Shown here piece by piece: positions 56,691 to 63,443 of a DNA stretch of 63,443 nt. How positions within the stretch are numbered: position 1 is the first letter of the stretch; every line of letters begins with the position of its first letter. Both the position numbers and the translations under genes were made by a program. The DNA lies in the NCBI GenBank assembly GCA_002784625.1, contig PFLP01000005.1, positions 1-63,443 of the forward strand, in the 5' to 3' direction. The notes beneath the pieces are model-generated. The model ran no database searches. It was not told the origin of the DNA and saw nothing but the letters and a program-made list of their open reading frames with translations. This DNA is from Candidatus Pacebacteria bacterium CG_4_10_14_0_8_um_filter_42_14 (GTDB taxonomy: Bacteria; Patescibacteriota; Microgenomatia; UBA1400; PJMF01).

Positions 56691-58153
56691 TATTTTTCCA
56701 AGTTGAGCACGTCATCAATGCGAATTTGAGCAACAAATTCCGGAACGTGCGATACCAAGATCATAGCACCTTCGTAAGCATCAAGAGCTTGCGCAATGAC
56801 TGGTAGATGGCGGAAATTAATGTGATTGGTTGGCTCATCAAGTATGAGAAGACCTGGCTGCAGCAAAGTCAAACAAGAGAAAGCCACCATGGCTTTTTGA
56901 CCTTCAGATAAACTGCCAATTTCAGCCTTCAAAAGTTCTGATGTTAACAAAAACCCTGAAGCCACCGCTCTGAGGCGAGCCTCAGTCATCTCAGTTTTTG
57001 AAGCGGCGAGCGCAATCGACAAGGCTTGGTAGGCAGTATCATCAAAATTTAGCGTAGTGAAATCTTGTCGGTAGTAACCAACGCGAAGAGTAGATGGCAA
57101 GATTAGTCCAGGATGAGTGCCACGCGCCATCGATTCTATCAAAGTACTTTTGCCAATCCCATTAGGACCAATTATTCTTAGGTGGCGACCTTTCATGAGA
57201 ATAAGATCTGCCTTCTTAGTCACATGCTCGTGATTTTCAATGATTTCATATGAAGTCAATCTCATGGTGTCGTGCGGCATATCTGCTTGCACAGGAATGG
57301 TAAAACGGCGAATGGTCTTATCTTCCTTGCGCACCTCAACCTTCTCGCTCTCGAGAACTTCGATTTTTTCCCTCATTTTTTTGGCCACGTTACGCATCTT
57401 GCCACCCTTATGGGCAAAGAAGTTAGCTTTATCTTTGTTCTCTTGAATGCCACGGGCCTTCTGGGCATTGAGGCGATTTTCTTTATCGATGCGAATTGTT
57501 ATCTCCTCAACCACGTCGAGGTAATTTCCGGCGTACTGTTCGATTTTATGAGTATGGCTATCTAGATAGAGAACTCCTTCGGTGAAACAGTTTAGAAAAT
57601 CGGCATCATGGGAAATGACAATGACACTTTTTGAGTATGACATTAGAAAAGCAGTCAAGTGAGCGATTCCAGCAGCATCAAGATTATTGGTTGGCTCATC
57701 TAGGAGAAGTAGATCTGGATTCTGAATAAGAGCTGCTGCCAATAAAAGACGTGCTTGCTGACCACCAGAAAAACCACTAATTGGCTTGTTCTCTGGAGCG
57801 TGAAGATTCACAGCCTTCAGAACCGCGGCCATACGACGACTCAGCTCGTGTGGCACAAGAGGGCAGTGCTGTTGAAAGAACTCTGTGATCGTAAGCTTCA
57901 TGTCAGCTGGTGAGATAACCTGATATGCCGTGGCAATAGTCATCTTCTTATCTACTGAGATCTCACCCACGTCAGGCTGCAGCGCGCCAGTGAGAAGCTT
58001 AAATAAAGTACTCTTGCCGGCTCCGTTCTGTCCCATGAGCGCCACCTTCATGCCCTTGCGGACCGAAAAACTGACCTCATCAAGAATCGGCCGATCATGA
58101 CCAAACATGAAAGAGACCTTCTCGAATCGAATAATTGTTTCTGATGTTGCCAT
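56690..58153 (-). CDS. ABC-F family ATPase (two ABC domains, no TM domain)
   Basis: GQNGAGKST / FSGGQQARL / LLLDEPTN, then GPNGIGKST / LSEGQKAMV / LILDEPTN. Confidence 0.9.
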   Translation of the reverse strand: MATSETIIRFEKVSFMFGHDRPILDEVSFSVRKGMKVALMGQNGAGKSTLFKLLTGALQPDVGEISVDKKMTIATAYQVISPADMKLTITEFFQQHCPLVPHELSRRMAAVLKAVNLHAPENKPISGFSGGQQARLLLAAALIQNPDLLLLDEPTNNLDAAGIAHLTAFLMSYSKSVIVISHDADFLNCFTEGVLYLDSHTHKIEQYAGNYLDVVEEITIRIDKENRLNAQKARGIQENKDKANFFAHKGGKMRNVAKKMREKIEVLESEKVEVRKEDKTIRRFTIPVQADMPHDTMRLTSYEIIENHEHVTKKADLILMKGRHLRIIGPNGIGKSTLIESMARGTHPGLILPSTLRVGYYRQDFTTLNFDDTAYQALSIALAASKTEMTEARLRAVASGFLLTSELLKAEIGSLSEGQKAMVAFSCLTLLQPGLLILDEPTNHINFRHLPVIAQALDAYEGAMILVSHVPEFVAQIRIDDVLNLEK

Positions 58154-58201
58154 AAATTATCTCTGCCTAAAGAGTGAAGGGAAGATTATACCTTGAATTT
58201 G

Positions 58202-58285
58202 CGGAAGGGGAGGGATTCGAACCCACGGGACCATAAAAGTCACGGTTTTCAAGACCGTTGCAATTGACCACTCTGCCACCCTTCC
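58202..58285 (-). tRNA. tRNA-Ser (anticodon TGA)
   Basis: The reverse complement gives ggaaggg..gcagagtggtcaa.., anticodon arm acggt-ctTGAaa-accgt, a long variable arm, and T arm gtggg-ttcgaat-ccctc. Confidence 0.9.
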
Positions 58286-58347
58286 TTGAGGCGTGAAAGT
58301 AAAAAGATTATACCATCTGACTCTGGTAAATATGCTACACTGAATGC

Positions 58348-59079
58348 ATGTACAGTCCTGACCCAGGCACAACACCAGCCAGCATCCCAGTACCGTCAAA
58401 AGCTACGGAGATGGCTCGATCTAGCCAACCTGTCGAGATACCAGTCAGAGAAGAACCAAGGAAACCAGAGCCTGTTCAAAGACCCCCAGAGCCAGCTCCA
58501 CAACCAGCCAAACCGCGAATTACTGACTTTGGCGTCCAGCAGCCCCAACGCAAACCACGCGAAAGCGAGCTCGTCCCTGGCATGCAGAGACCAATGCCTG
58601 AGGAAGAACTTTTTGAGTGGACCTCAGCAGAGCGCCCATACAAAAAACATAATCGCCAGTTCTTCACGACTATTTTCATGATCGCCTTGTTCCTTTCCTT
58701 GATCTTCTTCTTTGCCGGCCAACTCCTGACGATCGCGGTTGTCCTCGCCGTTGCTTTTCTCATCTATGTCTTATTTACCATCCCGCCTGGAGAGGTAACC
58801 CACAAGCTCTCTACCTACGGCATTAAAGTCGAGAAGAATATGTACTACTGGGAAGAGATGGGTAGATTTTGGTTCACCGATAAATATGGCCAGGAACTGG
58901 TGAATATTGAGATTGGTCGCTTTCCCTTCCACCTTTCACTCCTACTCGGAGACATTCCCAAAGACACCATGAGACTCATTCTCAGAGAAGTTCTTCTTGA
59001 ACAAAAACCAGAGGCCACTCCGTACGAAAAAATGGCTGCCTGGCTCCACAAAAAGATTCCCATCGATATTGAGAGTTAA
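58348..59079 (+). CDS. hypothetical membrane protein (Pro-rich N-terminus, 2 TM, C-terminal globular domain)
   Basis: 243-aa ORF. A Pro/Glu/Gln-rich first ~95 aa is followed by two adjacent TM helices. Confidence 0.6.
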   Translation: MYSPDPGTTPASIPVPSKATEMARSSQPVEIPVREEPRKPEPVQRPPEPAPQPAKPRITDFGVQQPQRKPRESELVPGMQRPMPEEELFEWTSAERPYKKHNRQFFTTIFMIALFLSLIFFFAGQLLTIAVVLAVAFLIYVLFTIPPGEVTHKLSTYGIKVEKNMYYWEEMGRFWFTDKYGQELVNIEIGRFPFHLSLLLGDIPKDTMRLILREVLLEQKPEATPYEKMAAWLHKKIPIDIES

Positions 59080-59118
59080 AAGACCAGAAGTTTGGTACAA
59101 TAGACGCCCTGGTAACAT

Positions 59119-59192
59119 GCGCCAATAGCTCAGTTGGATAGAGCATCAGTTTGCGGAATTGAAGGTCGCTGGTTCGAATCCAGCTTGGCGCA
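59119..59192 (+). tRNA. tRNA-Arg (anticodon GCG)
   Basis: Acceptor gcgccaa/ttggcgc, D loop agttggata, anticodon arm tcagt-ttGCGga-attga and T arm gctgg-ttcgaat-ccagc. Confidence 0.85.
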
Positions 59193-59213
59193 CAATATTT
59201 TCAAGAAAAATTA

Positions 59214-59302
59214 GGAGAGGTGGCAGAGTGGCCAATTGCAACGGTTTCGAAAACCGTGACTTTTTTCAAGTCCCGGGGGTTCGAATCCCCCCCTCTCCGC
59301 CA
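59214..59302 (+). tRNA. tRNA-Ser (anticodon CGA), CCA encoded
   Basis: ggagagg..gcagagtggccaa.., anticodon arm acggt-ttCGAaa-accgt, a long variable arm, T arm ggggg-ttcgaat-ccccc, and the end ...cctctccgCCA. Confidence 0.9.
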
Positions 59303-59338
59303 ACTAAATTGACAATAATTCTATGCTAAAATATTTTC

Positions 59339-59821
59339 ATGACAGTTCGGAAAGCCAATAGCAAGGATAAGAAAGAGGTTCTCAGCCTTCTTGATGAATT
59401 TAGAGCTGACTGCATCACTCAAATATCCGGAGAGCAAGGCTATTCTGACTCAGCAATAACCAAAGGAGTAAAAATTTACGAACAACTTCTTCAAAGAGAT
59501 GACTATTGCATTTTACTTGCAGAGAATTCAGAAAATCAACTTGTTGGGATTATTACTGGTTACCTTTGCCCAATGCTCAGGAGCGGTGAGTTGAGAGCTG
59601 AAGTTGAAGAATTTTTTATTAAAAAAAATAGTAGAGGGAGTGGTGCTGCAAAACTACTCATGGATTCATTTTTTTCATGGTGCCAATTAAATAAAGTCAC
59701 AAAAGTTAATTTAGAATCAGATAATGACTTAAGCCGCGCGCATGGGTTTTATAAAAAATATGGCTTTGAAACGACTGCGCAGAGGTTTGTTAAAAAATTG
59801 GGTGAAAGCGAGAAGAAATAA
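59339..59821 (+). CDS. GNAT-family N-acetyltransferase
   Basis: Acetyl-CoA motif (RGSGAAKLLMD) and C-terminus AHGFYKKYGFE. Confidence 0.8.
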   Translation: MTVRKANSKDKKEVLSLLDEFRADCITQISGEQGYSDSAITKGVKIYEQLLQRDDYCILLAENSENQLVGIITGYLCPMLRSGELRAEVEEFFIKKNSRGSGAAKLLMDSFFSWCQLNKVTKVNLESDNDLSRAHGFYKKYGFETTAQRFVKKLGESEKK

Positions 59822-59823
59822 TA

Positions 59824-60018
59824 ATGACAAAATATCAAGTTAAAAAATACTTCAGTTGGGGATCGCTTAAACTGGAGCCATTACAATACTTGCTTGTTAA
59901 AGAATCCGACTATCCAGATTCATACACTGTCATTCAAGAAAATAGTAATGAAGCTATTGAAGTAAATAAAAAATCATTTCAGAATTATTTAACAAGTGGA
60001 TTTATTGAGAAAGTATAG
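59824..60018 (+). CDS. hypothetical 64-aa protein
   Basis: ORF 2 nt after the GNAT stop. No recognisable motif. Confidence 0.4.
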   Translation: MTKYQVKKYFSWGSLKLEPLQYLLVKESDYPDSYTVIQENSNEAIEVNKKSFQNYLTSGFIEKV

Positions 60019-60053
60019 TTAATTGTTATAACGACACTTAATAAATCAGTAGC

Positions 60054-60341
60054 ATGAGCTCAAAAACTCCATACAGAAAAACCATCCAAATTCTAAACCT
60101 ACCCTTCATGTCGAGTTACATCTATCACATGCTGCCTGGTGGCATAGAAAAGAGGCATTTTCATGATGGGATCGAATTAGAATATGTTATTAGAGGAAAT
60201 TCGAGCACCCACAAAAAAGGTCGATTATATTTTCGTAAAAAAGGAGAAGTCCATGAAGGAATTAATGACTCAAAAAATGATTTGGTTTTTCTATGTCTTA
60301 CAATTCCTGCAGAAACAAAGGGAAACACTCATTATTTATAA
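60054..60341 (+). CDS. small cupin-like protein
   Basis: HFHDGIELEYVIRG...GEVHEGIN resembles the two cupin motifs. Confidence 0.5.
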   Translation: MSSKTPYRKTIQILNLPFMSSYIYHMLPGGIEKRHFHDGIELEYVIRGNSSTHKKGRLYFRKKGEVHEGINDSKNDLVFLCLTIPAETKGNTHYL

Positions 60342-60399
60342 TCATCGAATGATTCCTAATGTCCGAATGATATTTAAAGTTGGTCTATAATTCCCATAC

Positions 60400-60846
60400 A
60401 TGCCAAAAAAACGCCATCACAATATCCCCGCTTCATACCTAGTTTTATTTGATGGAAATAAAACCTTACTTTCTCTTAGGAAAAATACTGGCTATGAAGA
60501 TGGCAATTATTCATTAGTAGCTGGACATGTTGACCCTGGAGAGACATTCACTGATTGCGTCATCAGAGAGGTGAGGGAAGAATCGGGAATTGAGTTAAAA
60601 AGAAAAGATCTTAAAGTAGCTCACGTTATGCACCGAGCGGCCACCGATGAGAACTACGAGCGCGTCGACGTCTTTTTTGTAGCAAGGAAGTGGTCGGGGA
60701 AGATAATCAACTTGGAGCCAGAAAAATGTGCTGAGATAGCTTGGTTTGATATTGATAATTTGCCAAAAAAAACAATCCCATATGTCGCTCAAGCAATCAG
60801 GTCAATTCTCGATGGAGAATACTATAGCGAGTATGGGTGGGAGTAG
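60400..60846 (+). CDS. NUDIX hydrolase
   Basis: Nudix box GHVDPGETFTDCVIREVREESGIE. Confidence 0.85.
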   Translation: MPKKRHHNIPASYLVLFDGNKTLLSLRKNTGYEDGNYSLVAGHVDPGETFTDCVIREVREESGIELKRKDLKVAHVMHRAATDENYERVDVFFVARKWSGKIINLEPEKCAEIAWFDIDNLPKKTIPYVAQAIRSILDGEYYSEYGWE

Positions 60847-60853
60847 AACAAAA

Positions 60854-61228
60854 ATGTCGAGAAAGAAATTCTTAAGTCTCGTTTTTTTCACAATTATTTT
60901 GACCAGAATAGTTTTTTTTGTATCTTGGGATTCCTCAATGATAGCGATGACAATGTATGACAGTTGGCATCATATGTATACCGGCGAAGTAATGATGTTG
61001 GTATCTCTAATTTTGCCAAAAAGAATCTCAAAAATAATATTAGCAGTAGGCTTGGGATTATTCTTAGATGAACTAATTCACTTGTTTCATCTTCTAGGAC
61101 TTGCTACCTCTCATGACTACTGGTCATTCGAAACAATCGCTACGACAGCTGCGGGACTGATTACGACTTCGTTGGTTTGTTTGACAATTCCTGCTGAAAC
61201 TAGAGAAAATGCTCACCAGCTAGAGTAG
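60854..61228 (+). CDS. small membrane protein (about 4 TM) whose last ~17 aa duplicate the tail of the 60054 cupin
   Basis: I prefer ATG 60854 (MSRKKFLSLVFF) because the ORF-track start at 60746 overlaps the NUDIX gene. The tail is LVCLTIPAETRENAHQLE. Confidence 0.45.
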   Translation: MSRKKFLSLVFFTIILTRIVFFVSWDSSMIAMTMYDSWHHMYTGEVMMLVSLILPKRISKIILAVGLGLFLDELIHLFHLLGLATSHDYWSFETIATTAAGLITTSLVCLTIPAETRENAHQLE

Positions 61229-61241
61229 AATCCTTACTACT

Positions 61242-61553
61242 ATGAGCAAGCTCGCATTCATCTATATTACAAACGAAAACCTTGACGAAGCGAAGAAAAT
61301 TGCGAGACATTTACTAGATAAACGAATGATTGGCTGCGCGAATATCTTTCCAATAACATCAATGTATTGGTGGAAAGACAAGATAGTTGACGGTGATGAA
61401 TTTGTCTTGATTGCAAAAACCACTCAAAATAATGTTGAAAAAATCAGAAACGAGGTAGCAAAAATTCATCCATTCGATACGCCCTGCATTATCAAAATTG
61501 ACGTTGATCCAAATGAAAAGTATTTAAAGTGGATCGAGAGTGAACTAAGATAA
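61242..61553 (+). CDS. cutA: CutA1 divalent-cation tolerance protein
   Basis: GCANIFPITSMYWWKDKI...LIAKT...HPFDTPCI...YLKWI matches the CutA1 pattern. Confidence 0.85.
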   Translation: MSKLAFIYITNENLDEAKKIARHLLDKRMIGCANIFPITSMYWWKDKIVDGDEFVLIAKTTQNNVEKIRNEVAKIHPFDTPCIIKIDVDPNEKYLKWIESELR

Positions 61554-61563
61554 AGGAGCACCT

Positions 61564-62259
61564 ATGTACATTCCACTTTTTGATATCGATGGCACCTTAT
61601 TGAAGGGCGGTGGCGGAAATCAAGCGCACAAGAACGGCGGCAGCTATGCCTTTCGCACTGTTTACGGACTAGACGACAAAGCTTGCTGGGACAATATAAT
61701 TACAGACGGGAAAATTGACAAACAGATCATTCTTGAGGTTGTTGAGAAAAATGGCATAAGCCACAAAAAAGCCTTGGCGAAATTAGATGAAGCGATAGAT
61801 GCAACAACGTCTTACTATCTTGAACACAGTAACGAAGGCACATGCATTGCTGCGGACGGAGCCATTGAGTTATTAGAAGAATTACAAAAGCAGAATGTCC
61901 CACTTGGACTATTAACTGGCAATATTGAAGCCATTGGTATTGATAAACTTTCCAAGGCTGGACTCGCAAAATATTTTGAGTTTGGCGCATTTGGAAATTT
62001 AGCACTTAGGAGAGTTGACCTGATTGAGATAGCTAGAGAAAGAGCAATAAAACTCGTTGGTCTACAGATGACTACTTCTAAATTTATGATAATCGGTGAC
62101 TCAACTTTGGACGTTAAGTGTGCAAAAGATGGAAATATTCCGGTTATTGGCGTTAGTACTGCTAAATCATCAAGCCAAGAATTGGCAGAGGCTGGAGCTG
62201 ACTTAGTTGTCGAATCACTATTACAAAAAGATGATATCGTAAAATTTATTCTTGATTAA
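61564..62259 (+). CDS. HAD-superfamily hydrolase
   Basis: Motif I FDIDGTL, motif II LLTGN, motif III/IV K...IGDSTLD. Confidence 0.8.
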   Translation: MYIPLFDIDGTLLKGGGGNQAHKNGGSYAFRTVYGLDDKACWDNIITDGKIDKQIILEVVEKNGISHKKALAKLDEAIDATTSYYLEHSNEGTCIAADGAIELLEELQKQNVPLGLLTGNIEAIGIDKLSKAGLAKYFEFGAFGNLALRRVDLIEIARERAIKLVGLQMTTSKFMIIGDSTLDVKCAKDGNIPVIGVSTAKSSSQELAEAGADLVVESLLQKDDIVKFILD

Positions 62260-62271
62260 CGGGATAAGCTT

Positions 62272-62688
62272 ATGCCACCAATCGTCTCATCAGTAAAAGC
62301 TTTGCTCTCCAATCAAGGGAAATTTCTATTTCTTAAGGCAAAAGTCGATAAGAGCTTCTACTGGGATCTTCCAGGTGGAAAAATAGAGTACGGAGAAACT
62401 CCCGAGGAGGCACTGCGCAGAGAGGTTCTCGAAGAAATTGACGTTAAAATTAAGAACTTAAAGTCAGTTGGAGTTTGGTTTTTCTATTCGCCTCACAGTA
62501 AAAGCCAAGTCATTTGTCATACCTTTTCATGCGAACCATTGGGAAAAATCGCCATCGACACAACTAAGAATCCTGCTAACGAAAGTTTTGCCGGCTTTGA
62601 ATGGTTGACCTTAAAAGAAGTGTTAAATAGAAGTAATATGAATTTGCCAACAAGCCTGATCTCACTAATTGAGAGTATGATATTTTAG
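62272..62688 (+). CDS. NUDIX hydrolase
   Basis: Nudix box GGKIEYGETPEEALRREVLEEIDV. Confidence 0.8.
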   Translation: MPPIVSSVKALLSNQGKFLFLKAKVDKSFYWDLPGGKIEYGETPEEALRREVLEEIDVKIKNLKSVGVWFFYSPHSKSQVICHTFSCEPLGKIAIDTTKNPANESFAGFEWLTLKEVLNRSNMNLPTSLISLIESMIF

Positions 62689-62691
62689 TTC

Positions 62692-63059
62692 ATGCTGACA
62701 TATATACTTTTCATTCTTGGCATTATCTTTCTCATCAAAGGCGCTAGCTATCTTGTTGATGGCACTTCTGCGACCGCAAAAAGATTTAATATTTCTGAGT
62801 TAGTGATTGGATTAACCATCGTTGCATTTGGCACAAGTGCTCCAGGACTTGCCGTCAATTTAATTTCAAGCTTTAGCGGAAACACAGATATAGCTTTAGG
62901 AAATATTGTTGGAAGCAATCTTGCAAATATCTGCTCATTCTAGGTATTGCAGCGATTATCACTCCATTGAAAATTAAAAATTCAACTGTCTGGAAGAAAA
63001 TTCGACTGCCGAGCAGGATTGGAATCAATACGCTAACGATACTGATGATAATTGATTAG
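62692..63059 (+). pseudogene. Ca2+/Na+ antiporter (CaCA, YrbG-like) remnant: frameshifted and 3'-truncated
   Basis: The alpha-1 repeat GLTIVAFGTSAPGLAVN...GNIVGSNLANI stops at 62941-62943. The expected continuation LLILGIAAIITPLKIKNSTVWK is in the -1 frame from about 62930 and ends at 63059. Only about 120 of some 310+ aa remain. Confidence 0.7.
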
Positions 63060-63377
63060 GTTTAATATCTTCCTAGCGGTATAGTCTTCTGTACCATGTT
63101 GACCTCCACTTGCTTCTTTTTCGAACAAGACGAAACTAAATATTGAAAAAATATTTATAATAATAAAAAAGCCAGCCACTATCAGCATATTTTTGTACGA
63201 GTATTTTTTAGATAAGAACACTATAAATTCAGCCAACAATGCCAGAAAAAATGGCAAAGAAGAAATATACATCCTGCCTCCATAAGCAGCCGCCTGCCAA
63301 CCGCCCTGCGTAGAAATAACGACATATTGAAAAAAGAAAAATATAGCCAATAACGCTAGTTTAGGGTTAAGTGACAT
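63033..63377 (-). CDS. hypothetical membrane protein (3-4 TM), possibly a gene fragment
   Basis: 114-aa hydrophobic ORF with an in-frame stop 36 nt upstream of its ATG. Its 3' end overlaps the CaCA remnant. Confidence 0.4.
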   Translation of the reverse strand: MSLNPKLALLAIFFFFQYVVISTQGGWQAAAYGGRMYISSLPFFLALLAEFIVFLSKKYSYKNMLIVAGFFIIINIFSIFSFVLFEKEASGGQHGTEDYTARKILNLINYHQYR

Positions 63378-63443
63378 TTCGCGTTGGTTTTTAGCGTTGT
63401 TTTTGTTTCAGAAATGCAGCAATTATTTGTCTTCTTTGAAAGA

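Noticed and set aside
58157-58681. ORFs 58157-58399 (-) and 58286-58681 (+)
   Set aside because: The first covers tRNA-Ser(UGA). The second is an alternative frame of the 58348-59079 gene, which is longer and has a coherent TM and domain architecture.
60746-60853. Long start (60746) for the small membrane protein
   Set aside because: It would overlap the last 100 nt of the NUDIX gene. ATG 60854 gives the expected basic N-terminus followed by a TM helix.

Overview
This 63.4-kb chromosomal segment reads like a small-genome Patescibacteria/CPR-type bacterium. That placement is an inference from several features: a divergent 16S 3' half, a 16S gene with no 23S after it, tightly packed and often overlapping genes, and domain-reduced housekeeping proteins. 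A roughly 284-nt RNase P RNA, monoderm-type wall genes (FemAB, PBP1A, a sortase signal) and type IV pilus genes point the same way. ORFs are intact under the standard bacterial code. Most of the window is core housekeeping: the 16S 3' end, clpB, lon, tpiA, uvrD/pcrA, pyrH, gap, miaA/miaB, tig, infC-rpmI-rplT, pheST, tyrS, recG, rpmF-nusB-ACP-rnc-rpsP, dus and an ABC-F ATPase. It also holds 7 tRNAs, rnpB and ssrA. Three blocks look accessory or surface-related. (1) 30.0-38.7 kb holds an O-antigen-ligase-like gene, PBP1A with an Ig/PT-rich tail, and a four-gene operon of cohesin-like and dockerin-like proteins. One of those proteins has an LPKTA sortase signal and the cargo protein carries an unrecognised Cys/Trp repeat; this operon is my best candidate for an undescribed system. 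(2) 44.3-47.5 kb holds pilM-pilN-pilO plus a PilX-like minor pilin. (3) 59.3-63.4 kb is a tRNA-adjacent, AT-richer patch of small housecleaning genes with a duplicated gene tail and a decayed CaCA antiporter. Near-consensus sigma-70-type promoters recur throughout, and several sit 6-8 nt upstream of the start codon, which suggests leaderless mRNAs. I found no CRISPR array, transposase, integrase or reverse transcriptase. All calls come from reading the sequence and the ORF track; no searches were run. RNA ends and start codons are approximate to a few nt or codons.
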